A stretch of DNA of 31,734 nucleotides from Candidatus Nanoarchaeia archaeon (GTDB lineage: Archaea; Nanobdellota; Nanobdellia; Woesearchaeales; GW2011-AR9): positions 1-31,734 of the forward strand of contig DATDWF010000024.1 in NCBI GenBank assembly GCA_035289745.1, in the 5' to 3' direction. Positions 1 to 8,154 of the stretch are shown in pieces; positions within the stretch are counted from its first letter, which is position 1; every line of letters begins with the position of its first letter. The notes under the pieces were generated by a model that searched no databases, was not told the DNA's origin, and saw only the letters and a program-made list of their open reading frames with translations. A program made the position numbers and the translations under genes.

Positions 1-2
1 AG

Positions 3-986
3 GATGCAAGTCCTAATGCAAATACTAATGATAGATCATTCACAATTAATTTTAAGGTTGCTAATCAACCAGATATGACTCCTCCAACTGTTACTGGATT
101 TAGTCCAGAGCCAGGACAGAATTATGTTAAATTTGGTGATACTGATACAGAAATTACTGTTTATGTTAATGAAGAGACTTTATTAGGTAATCAGGGGGGA
201 TGTAGGTGGAGTAAATTTCCACAAGTTCCTTTTGATCAGATGGATAATTATTTATCTTGCAGTTCTGGTGGATTGGTTCATGCAACAGAATGTAATGGAA
301 TTTTAAAAGATGTTCAATTGGGACAGAATGATTATTATTTTAAATGTTCAGATAGAGATGGAAATAATAATATACAAGATTGGCCAAATGGTGTTGATTT
401 TGGTGGATTTAATTCTTATGTTGTTTATGGAACAGAGAATTTAACTATAGGGTTAATTGAATGTATTCAGGGGGATGGTTCTAGTTGTGGTGATAAAATA
501 TATGGTGATACTTTTACTTTGAAAGTAAGTACTTTTGGTGGTGGTGGTGATGCTGGTAAATCAATATGTAAATATAATTTAAACAATATAGGTTATACTG
601 AATTTGTAAATACTGATAGTTCTCAGAGTAATCAGCCGTTTGGTCCTGGTTTATTAGAGGGTATTTATGACTTTAATATAAAATGCACTGATTTTGTTGG
701 AAATGAGGATATTAAACCTTTTAAGGTTGAGGTTTTTGTTGATAGGATTAAGCCATTAATGGAGCATGTATATCAAGAAGGGAATAATATTATTGTTGAG
801 ACTGATGAGGATGCTAATTGCAAATATGGTTTAAATGAGAGAACTATTTTTGATGAAGCTATGCCTTTTAGTTTTTCAGGGGGTAAAATACATAGTTTAA
901 GTTTAGATAGTAATGGATTATATTTTGTTTTATGTGAGGATATATTTTATAATAGAATGGATAAGGCTGTTGTTGAGGTTATTTAA
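3..986 (+). CDS. Partial (5' end outside window) exported/surface protein with Ig-like beta-rich domains
   Basis: The frame is open from base 3 (DASPNANTNDRSFTINFKVANQPD-MTPP), so the ATG at 75 is internal. DxTPP and DRIKP domain-boundary motifs and paired Cys are typical of archaeal surface proteins. Confidence 0.75.
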   Translation, partial: DASPNANTNDRSFTINFKVANQPDMTPPTVTGFSPEPGQNYVKFGDTDTEITVYVNEETLLGNQGGCRWSKFPQVPFDQMDNYLSCSSGGLVHATECNGILKDVQLGQNDYYFKCSDRDGNNNIQDWPNGVDFGGFNSYVVYGTENLTIGLIECIQGDGSSCGDKIYGDTFTLKVSTFGGGGDAGKSICKYNLNNIGYTEFVNTDSSQSNQPFGPGLLEGIYDFNIKCTDFVGNEDIKPFKVEVFVDRIKPLMEHVYQEGNNIIVETDEDANCKYGLNERTIFDEAMPFSFSGGKIHSLSLDSNGLYFVLCEDIFYNRMDKAVVEVI

Positions 987-1189
987 TTTTGAAAATAGGT
1001 GAACTGTAAAGTAAACGTCTAGAGTTTTGAACAAAAAGTTAACTGTCAGCTTATTTTCTTTAATTTTAGCTCCCAATTTCTGTTCTTCTTTCCATTTTAG
1101 TTCTTCTATGATATTAGGAGGATAACTAAAACCCACTTAGCATATTCCACATCTCCAACTTTTCTAGAAAATTGTTTTTGGAATTTCAT
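930..1189 (-). pseudogene. Frameshifted AbrB/MazE/SpoVT-like small DNA-binding protein
   Basis: ATG at 1189 gives MKFQKQFSRKVGDVEYAKWVLVI, then stops at ILLIS*. The neighbouring frame continues PPNIIEELKWKEEQKLGAKIKENKLTV. One missing base near 1120 joins them into a typical archaeal AbrB-like sequence. Confidence 0.6.
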
Positions 1190-1292
1190 AATCTAAAGTA
1201 TGTCTTGTTATATTTGTATATTTAAGTACTTAATATAATAGAAAAACGAATTTATATGAAGTTTATAAATAAACCAGTACTTTTATGATAAA

Positions 1293-2144
1293 ATGACCGG
1301 TGTAACAATTAAGAAGCTGGGAAAACAACCGTTGGATTTTGGAACTTTGTATAGTTATGTCCCTCCTGAAAACACTGAAAGAAGGGGTAGAAGTAGAATC
1401 TTTATCTTTGACAATGGTAGAGAGTTTGTTGAAAGAAAATTAGGTGGGTTAGAAGGGATTGTCAAATTTGAAGAAGAACATTTCCCCGATGATTTTGAGT
1501 ACGATGTTGTTGGAAAAACTGCTAAAGGCTTCCGAGCTTTGCTTCCTATCGGCGAAGATTCTGGAATACAAGAAGTGGAAATGTATGTTTTTGTTAAAGG
1601 ACATCCCTATCAAAGTTTAGTTACATTACGACGAATTGAACAAGCTTTACCAAAAAGCGAAAGATATGAATTGGTTCCGTTACGAAAACATTTTGGGACT
1701 GATAGTACAATCGTGACTGAATTAATTTTAGATCCTGCTTTTGAATTTGATGGGATTTATTTGTTTTCAGAAGACTCTTTGGAAAGAGTAAGAGAATCTG
1801 GTGGGGAAAGCTGGTTCGAGAATCATCTGCAAAATTGTAGTTGGTCAGCCCATATAGGCTGAACTTACTCCTATCTGAGAGACTGAGGGGGTTAAAGGCT
1901 GAGGGAAGTACTTCCATTTGCTGAAGCAGCTCTTGTTGCACTTTATAGAGACTTAGAACAAACCGGAAGAAAACTGAGAATCTCTCATCATGTTGATCCA
2001 AGACCATCTAATGTTTTCTTTAGAGGAATGAATGATGAAAGATTCCAATTCACATTAATAGACTAGTATCATTGCGGTTCAGATGAATTGAGACACCATC
2101 AGAGAAAATATGGGGGGCCTCCAATTCTAAGGATGAGTTCATAG
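1293..2144 (+). pseudogene. Kinase-like (phosphotransferase-fold) gene interrupted by in-frame stops; intact ORF part 1293-1862
   Basis: The ORF contains VFVK and TIVTELI (N-lobe/hinge-like). The same frame resumes at 1896 with HHVDPRPSNVFF...FTLID (HxDxxxxN and LID). Stops lie at 1860 (TGA), 1884 (TGA), 1893 (TAA) and 2064 (TAG). Confidence 0.45.
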
Positions 2145-2252
2145 TCAGGGCGAGCACTTCTTTTCTAGTTTTATCATCAGTAACGCAAGCATTTCAAGTT
2201 TAGTATCAAAGGAACAGAAAAAATTGTAGTTAACGTATGGGGTTTTGAGAAG

Positions 2253-2476
2253 TTGCCGCCACTAATTTCGTTATCAAATCTGTGATGATTTGGGTGAGCC
2301 CAGAACTGAGGGACGAACCTCAAAGTCCTTGTTAGGCGAGGTCGAACGAAGTGAGAAGCGCAGTGCCCCCGAAGGAGTTTTTTTCCGCTCAGGCTCATTG
2401 GCAGACGTAGTTTTGAAGAGTGAATAATGATGAGGTTACTGCAAAGCAGAGTAAAGTCTAGGAGAATCGGGGGCAA
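2253..2476. ncRNA. Candidate structured non-coding element (family unknown)
   Basis: GC-richer intergenic island with nested complementary segments: 2295-2299/2393-2397, 2306-2310/2388-2392, 2311-2314/2325-2328, 2253-2260/2469-2476. The minus strand has a C-UUCG-G hairpin at 2366-2377. Confidence 0.3.
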
Positions 2477-2495
2477 ATCGTTTAAGAAAGTATTT

Positions 2496-2512
2496 AAAGT
2501 AACAGTTACTTT
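2496..2512. promoter_or_regulatory. Palindromic operator-like site upstream of the Bro-N gene
   Basis: Perfect 8-1-8 inverted repeat AAAGTAAC-A-GTTACTTT overlapping a TATTTAAA box (2491-2498), 11 nt before ATG 2524. Confidence 0.45.
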
Positions 2513-2523
2513 TAAGCTTTAGG

Positions 2524-2754
2524 ATGGTAGAAAAAGAGGCTCAAAAAGGACTGATAGTATTTCAAGATAGAAATATCAGAAGACTTTGGCTTGATAACGA
2601 ATGGTTTTATTCAGTTACTGATATTATTGCAGTTCTTACCGATAGCCAAGATGAATTGGCCTATTGGAGAAAACTTAAACAGAGAGAATCCCAACTCGTG
2701 ACAATTTGTCACGGTTTCAAATTGCCGGCTAAAGATGGGAAATTCCGTCGTTAA
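2524..2754 (+). pseudogene. Truncated Bro-N (phage antirepressor-like) protein
   Basis: IRRLWLDNEWFYSVTDIIAVLTDS...YWRKLKQRE..LVTICHGFKLPAKDGK matches the start of Bro-N proteins. It ends abruptly at DGKFRR*, where these proteins normally continue. Confidence 0.7.
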
Positions 2755-3286
2755 TGCCTCTATACAGGATACGGGCGGGACGTATGCGGAAAACCGCTCC
2801 GCCAGCCTGGAGATTTATGCGCTGACGGCCATGCTTATGAGCCCGAATGCTTTAACCTGGGCAACGTTGGAGTTAGGAACAACAAACCAAACGGCTACAA
2901 ATGATCCTCTCATTATTAACAACACCGGAAATGTAGACATCGGAGCGGGAGGAATAACCATCACCGGCTATGACTTGCAAGGGGCCAGTATCACGACGGA
3001 CTTTATCCGGGCCCAGAACTTTTCCATCCACCACCTCAATGGAACAGCAGATTGCAGTGGCCCCACCTGCTTGGAATGTGCGGGAACGGCGCTGGTCAAT
3101 AACACGGCAACGGCCATCTCGATTGCCAACCTCACGGCAGGAAACAACAGCATTAATGCCTTAGATGCCGCGAGCGGGCAGGAAGCTCTGTTCATCTGCT
3201 TAAAGACCGTCCCTTCAGAAATCGCCCGGCAGACGTACAATACCTCAGGCGCAGCCACCAGCTCGTGGGTAATTGCCGTGGGCTAA
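2741..3286 (+). CDS. C-terminal part of an exported, Asn/Thr-rich surface protein (5' end missing)
   Basis: Many NxS/T sequons and Cys pairs, clean C-terminus (CLKTVP...SWVIAVG*), no signal peptide or credible start. It begins at the compositional junction. Confidence 0.6.
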   Translation, partial: NSVVNASIQDTGGTYAENRSASLEIYALTAMLMSPNALTWATLELGTTNQTATNDPLIINNTGNVDIGAGGITITGYDLQGASITTDFIRAQNFSIHHLNGTADCSGPTCLECAGTALVNNTATAISIANLTAGNNSINALDAASGQEALFICLKTVPSEIARQTYNTSGAATSSWVIAVG

Positions 3287-3377
3287 GCTGCAGAGCAGGG
3301 GAGAAGCTGCCGATGTAGAATAAGACAGTATTTTTGTTAGGGGAAGCACAGGATATATGCCCCAAAAAAATTCTCCA

Positions 3378-3584
3378 CTAAACAATCACTGTATAGTCCC
3401 CCGCCTTCTCTATCTCCCGCTTCACTTTTTTCATATCAAAGCCCAGCTCATGCTCCACTACCAGTTTGCCACTCTTGAAGTCAAGCGTGCACGACTTCAC
3501 ACCGGCAATCTCCGCACAAACATCTTCAATAAGCACTTTGCACGATTGGCAATGCATGCCTTTTACAGTTAGTGTGGTTTTCAT
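3378..3584 (-). CDS. copZ: Heavy-metal-associated (HMA) copper chaperone, CopZ-like
   Basis: MKTTLTVKGMHCQSC...GV carries the GMxCxxC motif in a 68-aa protein. ATG at 3584 is preceded by a GGGGGTGA RBS. Confidence 0.88.
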   Translation of the reverse strand: MKTTLTVKGMHCQSCKVLIEDVCAEIAGVKSCTLDFKSGKLVVEHELGFDMKKVKREIEKAGDYTVIV

Positions 3585-3625
3585 AATTTCACCCCCATTC
3601 TCTCTCCATTTTTTGTTCTCAAATT

Positions 3626-5008
3626 TCATGCTTGTACTTCAAACACGCCCGGCCCAGCCATGCCCATGCCGCAGCTAAACGTAAGCTTTCCTTCCTGCTG
3701 CGGCGTGAAGCTGATCGTAGTAATCTGGCTGCGTGATAATTGCTTCGTAATGCCTAAGCGCGGCACGCTGATGATCTGCGCGCAGCCCTGCGCTCCTCGC
3801 CCATCGATATTCCATTCGACGGGAATTCCTTTTTTTAGCACAAAAGCTGCCGGAAAATAGTCCAAGCCGCGGACTTCCATATGAATGACTTGCTGGTCAT
3901 CCAGAATAGTATTGCCGCCGATAGCCGAAGGATCGGTAGAATCCGGCAAGCCGACCGTCGCTCCCATGATATTCAAGCCGGGAATAATATTAGAAACACC
4001 CAGGATAATGACCAGCACTGCTGAAAAAGTCATAAAGTGCCGTTGGATATTCTTTTTTGCAAAGCTGGAAAAAGCGCCGATGCCCGCTAATGACGGCAAC
4101 GTTCCCAAAGAAAAAGCCAGCATCGTTAATGCCCCAACAAAAAAACTGCCTTTTCCCAAGACATACAGTTGCAGCGCCTGGGTAAAGCCGCAGGGCAGGA
4201 AGAACGTCGAAGCGCCAAAAAAGAAAGAAACTTTTGGACTTGCTGCATGCTGCTGGGTGCTAGCATCGTAGAGCTTATGGGCAAAGACCTTGGGCATTTT
4301 CAGCTGGAGCTTGTTGAGCCAGGGAAAGATGCCTAACAACTGGATACCGACAACGACCATCAGGACACTCGCGCCAATCGTGAGTATCCCCGTAACATTT
4401 GGAGGGAGGCTGATAGCTGAACCGAGCAGCCCGATAAGCCCGCCGAGAAGCGTGTACGAGGCGATTCTCCCGACGTTAAAGAATAGGTGCGGCTTAAATT
4501 TCTGCCACCCTTTCAGATTGGGATATTTTTCATTATGCTTTGCTGCAACCGCGAGGAGCAGGCCGCCAGCAATCGCCAAACAGGTGGATGTGGCAGCGAC
4601 CAAGCCAATCACAAAAATAAACCCATAGCTCATGGTGTCGCTGATGCCTAAGCCTTTTGGCAATATGTCGAGCTGGCGCAGCAGGAGATATGCCCCAACA
4701 ATGATAAGGAAAGCGGCTCCAATTTCCAGATGCCGGCGCTTCACGGCGAAGGTGGAAGAGGACGGGCGGGATGAACTCGTCTCGTTATTGTTGGTTGCCG
4801 GAATATATGCTATCGTATAGTCCGTTCCCCGTAATGCCTCCTGAAGTTTTTCCAGAGGAACGTCCGCTACGCTCTTTATTCTCACTTCTTCCTTTGCCCG
4901 ATTCACGTGTACTCGCTCTACTCCTTCCACTTTGCGCAGCTTGCGCTCGATAAGCACTTCGCAGCTGGAGCAGGTCATGCCTTTGACGGAAAGAGTCATG
5001 GTTTTCAT
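3626..5008 (-). CDS. HMA + DsbD_2/TauE-SafE-like membrane domain + C-terminal cupredoxin-like domain protein
   Basis: N-terminal GMTCSSC; membrane core with TSTCLA, FNVGRIASY, FFLPCGFTQ and FSLGTLP; C-terminal GCAQII...FSCGMGM. Confidence 0.85.
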   Translation of the reverse strand: MKTMTLSVKGMTCSSCEVLIERKLRKVEGVERVHVNRAKEEVRIKSVADVPLEKLQEALRGTDYTIAYIPATNNNETSSSRPSSSTFAVKRRHLEIGAAFLIIVGAYLLLRQLDILPKGLGISDTMSYGFIFVIGLVAATSTCLAIAGGLLLAVAAKHNEKYPNLKGWQKFKPHLFFNVGRIASYTLLGGLIGLLGSAISLPPNVTGILTIGASVLMVVVGIQLLGIFPWLNKLQLKMPKVFAHKLYDASTQQHAASPKVSFFFGASTFFLPCGFTQALQLYVLGKGSFFVGALTMLAFSLGTLPSLAGIGAFSSFAKKNIQRHFMTFSAVLVIILGVSNIIPGLNIMGATVGLPDSTDPSAIGGNTILDDQQVIHMEVRGLDYFPAAFVLKKGIPVEWNIDGRGAQGCAQIISVPRLGITKQLSRSQITTISFTPQQEGKLTFSCGMGMAGPGVFEVQA

Positions 5009-5098
5009 GAACTGCCTAAAAACAGAAACTGCTTATTAATCTTATCTGAAATTAGTTTCAACATCGCGCTTTTAAGGTGTTTCTGCTCCGCAAATCCC

Positions 5099-5518
5099 AT
5101 GGGGCTGAAACAGAGAGTTGTAGGAATTACTGGGAGTATTTCCGGAGTCACCAGCATTTTAGGCTCCTGGCAAGTCTGCCATACTATCTGTTTAGGGCTC
5201 ATTGGAGCATTAAGCCTCATCGGCATAACAATAAGTGGCATGCCGCTCTTTTTCCTCACCACCATCGCCACCCCCGTCTGGACCGTAGCGGCGTTCCTGT
5301 TGGCAGTTACCTTCTATTTGCACGTCCGGAAAAAATGCCTGCCGCATTCCTTGCTGCTCTTTAACACGGGTATCCTCATCGCTGGCATTCCGTTCGCCTC
5401 GCTGAGCCAAAGCCGCCCCTTTTTCTGGGCTATGGGGGGACTCATCGCTGCGGGGGGAGTAGCGCTCTTTATCCGACAAAAAATGACAAAAAATAAATCA
5501 GGGGAAAAAACATGGTAA
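5099..5518 (+). CDS. Hypothetical 4-TM membrane protein with a CHxxC motif
   Basis: Start moved to ATG 5099 to avoid overlapping the divergent gene. It has SWQVCHTICLG, hydrophobic helices and a KKCL loop, and overlaps the next gene by 7 nt. Confidence 0.7.
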   Translation: MGLKQRVVGITGSISGVTSILGSWQVCHTICLGLIGALSLIGITISGMPLFFLTTIATPVWTVAAFLLAVTFYLHVRKKCLPHSLLLFNTGILIAGIPFASLSQSRPFFWAMGGLIAAGGVALFIRQKMTKNKSGEKTW

Positions 5519-5937
5519 ACCATAATGCCTTATGGACAACGATAATCGTACTGTTCGCTGCCGGAGCACTGGTGTATGGTGTTCTGAGCTATGCAGGCAG
5601 CCCCCTCTTCTCAAGCCAAGCGTCTTCAGCTGCAGCCAATTCTCCCGCGCCAGGAGAGGTAACGGTCGATGTTACTCTTCTCTCCCAAGAAAACGGGCAA
5701 GCTGCTTTTTCAATTGCTTTGAACACGCACTCCGTCGATTTAAGCCAGTTTAACCTCGAAGAATTAATGACGCTCGAATACGACAAGAAAGTCTTCAGGC
5801 CTTTATCTGCGCCGGCCGTAAGTGGCCACCATGCTTCTGGCACCGTGCTTTTCGAAATGAAAGAAAAGACAAATAACTTCCTCGTCCGGGTACGAGGAAT
5901 TCCGCCGGAGCCAGACCGGGAGTTTCAGTTCTCTTGA
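5512..5937 (+). CDS. Hypothetical membrane-anchored extracytoplasmic protein with His motifs
   Basis: N-terminal TM helix, Ser/Ala linker, then a beta-rich domain with LNTHSVDL and SGHHASG. Confidence 0.75.
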   Translation: MVNHNALWTTIIVLFAAGALVYGVLSYAGSPLFSSQASSAAANSPAPGEVTVDVTLLSQENGQAAFSIALNTHSVDLSQFNLEELMTLEYDKKVFRPLSAPAVSGHHASGTVLFEMKEKTNNFLVRVRGIPPEPDREFQFS

Positions 5938-5965
5938 GCGTTTTTTCCAGGCTTACTTTTTTTTC

Positions 5966-6169
5966 TTACCGCTTCTTCTCCGTCACAAAGTGAATTCCCG
6001 TGACGATAAACAGCAAAGCCAAGAGGGTTACTGCCCAGCCGCCCATCATGCTGGCGCCGCTGAAGCCCATCATCCCCATCATGCCGCCGAAGCCCAGTCC
6101 GCCTCCGGGGTAGAGCAACGCCAACGCGCCACCGACAATTTGAATCCATCCGAGCACTTGTTTGTCCAT
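5966..6169 (-). CDS. Small 2-TM Met/Gly-rich membrane protein
   Basis: ATG 6169 with a GAGGTGA RBS. GGMMGMMGFSGASMMGG lies between two hydrophobic helices. Confidence 0.75.
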   Translation of the reverse strand: MDKQVLGWIQIVGGALALLYPGGGLGFGGMMGMMGFSGASMMGGWAVTLLALLFIVTGIHFVTEKKR

Positions 6170-6268
6170 TCGTTTCACCTCAATATTCTTTTGTTTAGTG
6201 TTAAAACGATATAGCAAGAAGTATTCTGAAGTTTATTAACATTCCTTTTTCTCTTGCCGCCATTTCCC

Positions 6269-6709
6269 TCACCAATTCCGGCAGCAGGCAATGATTTTTT
6301 CAACAAGAGTTTTGAACTTCCGGTTTTGGCGATAAACATACAGCACGACGAAAATCAACCACAAACTGCCCAGCACCAGCAGAAGCGTTCGTGTAACTGG
6401 AGAGAGGGTAAGCATCGTATAAGCAAGGACAATAAGTGTCAATAGGAAGGGCAAGCGAAACAGCTTGAGCGGCTCGGCAACTTTCTTCTCAGCGAGATAA
6501 AACACCCCCAACGTCGACTGCCCCAGCAGCAGAGCAATAATCACCGTATTGTCAAAGCTTCCTGCAAAATAAAGTACCAGCAGCAAAGCCCACGTCAAGA
6601 ATACTGCACCACACAAAGCGCAAAATTGCTTTTTGGTGATAGCCTGCACAAGCAACAAAAGCAAAAAAAAGCCGAGAATCGGGAGCAACGAAAACAGAAG
6701 TGCTTCCAT
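6269..6709 (-). CDS. Hypothetical membrane protein with CxxC and C-terminal CC
   Basis: About four TM helices, FCALCGAV and a C-terminal IIACCRNW*. It starts 1 nt after the upstream stop. Confidence 0.8.
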   Translation of the reverse strand: MEALLFSLLPILGFFLLLLLVQAITKKQFCALCGAVFLTWALLLVLYFAGSFDNTVIIALLLGQSTLGVFYLAEKKVAEPLKLFRLPFLLTLIVLAYTMLTLSPVTRTLLLVLGSLWLIFVVLYVYRQNRKFKTLVEKIIACCRNW

Positions 6710-6710
6710 C

Positions 6711-7238
6711 TTACATCACCAACTGCAGCAGAACACCAAAAACAAGTAATAAGCCGATAGTAAGCAGGACGCCCTGAAACGGAATTATTTTTTCGTTCCG
6801 CAGGACACTTACTTTCTTGCTCAGCCAGGGTGCTATGCCAACTATAACGCCGCCTAAAGCACTCGTGAACCAGCTCAGATTAAGGACATATGTCCTGTTC
6901 AGCATTGAGCCGTAATCCCCCGTCCAAGAGATATAGAGAGGATAAATCCTTTCTAACAGAGGAAGAAGAGGAACCACCGTCAGCAAAAAGGAAAGGACAA
7001 CAATCGCTGCAAGCTGAAAAGGAATGATCCTTTTCTTTATTTTCTTTCCCACCCACCAGCCCGTGGAAACGGCAAAAGCGCCCACAAACAGCGCAATGAT
7101 AGCTTTGTCGATGCCCAGATACGCAGCGCCGCCCGCAGCCGCAGCGACCCCCATCGTACAGAGGGGGCAATGGGCGAGGGCGCTGCGTATCTGTGCTACA
7201 AACAGTCCTCCCAGCAGCAGGAACCAGCGCGCTTTCAT
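6711..7238 (-). CDS. Hypothetical membrane protein with an HCxxC motif
   Basis: Signal-like N-terminus, then AHCPLC, followed by about four TM helices. Confidence 0.8.
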   Translation of the reverse strand: MKARWFLLLGGLFVAQIRSALAHCPLCTMGVAAAAGGAAYLGIDKAIIALFVGAFAVSTGWWVGKKIKKRIIPFQLAAIVVLSFLLTVVPLLPLLERIYPLYISWTGDYGSMLNRTYVLNLSWFTSALGGVIVGIAPWLSKKVSVLRNEKIIPFQGVLLTIGLLLVFGVLLQLVM

Positions 7239-7265
7239 GAGTTAAAACGGGCAAATTTTTAAAGA

Positions 7266-7376
7266 TCAGATAAACCACGACGGATGCATGACATACAGCA
7301 TGACCACAGTAAAAGCGACAAAGGCGCTCAGCATCACTTTACGCTGGTGCCGCTCATACCATACAGCTAATGACAT
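7266..7376 (-). CDS. 36-aa single-TM peptide (not in ORF track)
   Basis: Translated by hand: MSLAVWYERHQRKVMLSAFVAFTVVMLYVMHPSWFI*. It has a GGAGG upstream, overlaps the DUF2933 stop and fills the operon gap. Confidence 0.55.
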   Translation of the reverse strand: MSLAVWYERHQRKVMLSAFVAFTVVMLYVMHPSWFI

Positions 7377-7609
7377 GCTGGCTTCTCCTCCCCCGCTTTT
7401 CTCTCTTTATTCTCTCCAGAAGGTTTATCATGCATCCCTCTCATCATCCAGTAATGCGTGAGCGGGCAGAGCAGCAGGAAAATCCAGACCAAAGCACTCC
7501 GCTGCAGCCCAAAAAAGGAAGCCCCGACAACTAGCAGTATCGGTATAAGGCAACAGAGCACCATAACCAAGCCATGGTGCTTATGCAGTTTTTCTTTCCA
7601 AGAGTTCAT
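7367..7609 (-). CDS. DUF2933-like small membrane protein
   Basis: HKHHGLVMVLCCLIP and LLLCPLTHYWMMRGMH match the CPLxHxxMM motif. The C-terminus is PACH. Confidence 0.8.
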   Translation of the reverse strand: MNSWKEKLHKHHGLVMVLCCLIPILLVVGASFFGLQRSALVWIFLLLCPLTHYWMMRGMHDKPSGENKERKAGEEKPACH

Positions 7610-7664
7610 GGTTGTTTTCCCTTCCCATCATTCACCTTACCAGTTCTATCTTCTTTGAGTTCTC

Positions 7665-8153
7665 TTAAATTCTCATAAACTCCGTCACACTGCCATCATT
7701 TTGGAGTGCATAGACGACAAACGGCCCTTCTTTCGAACCGGGCATCCCCGGGCTGCCATAGGGCATGCCCGGCAGGGCTATGCCTTTAATGTCGGGCTTT
7801 TCGCTCATCAGCTTTTCAATGGCTTCAATCGGCATATGCCCTTCGACGACATAACCACCGATGACCGAAGTATGGCAGCTTTCCATGGTTGAAGGAACAG
7901 CATAGCGGGATTTTATGGGGGCCATATCATCAACACTAACCATTTCCACATTCAGGCCTTTCTGGTTCATATATTTGACAAAGAGCCCGCAGCAGCCGCA
8001 GCTTTGGGACTTGTAGATCGTTACGGGTTCGCCTGCCAAGGAGCTTTTGGTGGAACAGCCGGCCACGAGGAGAATCCCGGCGATTAAAAAAATAAAAAGA
8101 AAAAGCCTGAAGCGTTTGAGCTTCAGAAACCTTTTCCTGGCGAAAGCTGCCAC
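7665..8153 (-). CDS. DUF411 (CopG-like) metal-binding lipoprotein
   Basis: Lipobox LLVAGC and motifs YKSQSCGCCG, ESCHT, YVVEGHMP and ALPGMPYGSPGM. The probable start is GTG 8153, 8 nt after a GGAGG; the track start at 8219 overlaps the upstream gene. Confidence 0.88.
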   Translation of the reverse strand: MAAFARKRFLKLKRFRLFLFIFLIAGILLVAGCSTKSSLAGEPVTIYKSQSCGCCGLFVKYMNQKGLNVEMVSVDDMAPIKSRYAVPSTMESCHTSVIGGYVVEGHMPIEAIEKLMSEKPDIKGIALPGMPYGSPGMPGSKEGPFVVYALQNDGSVTEFMRI

Positions 8154-8154
8154 T

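Noticed and set aside
1860-2066. Alternative genetic code explaining the interrupted kinase-like frame
   Set aside because: TGA, TAA and TAG all interrupt the frame, and all three serve as normal stops elsewhere in the window.
1875-2480. RNase P or SRP RNA
   Set aside because: There is only a loose resemblance to GAGGAAAxUCC (1899-1915, and minus strand near 2375-2392). I found no matching 3' P4 strand and no SRP helix-8 motif.
4907-5098. N-terminal extension of the 203-aa track ORF 4907-5518
   Set aside because: It overlaps the divergent HMA gene and its promoter region. The membrane protein plausibly starts at ATG 5099.
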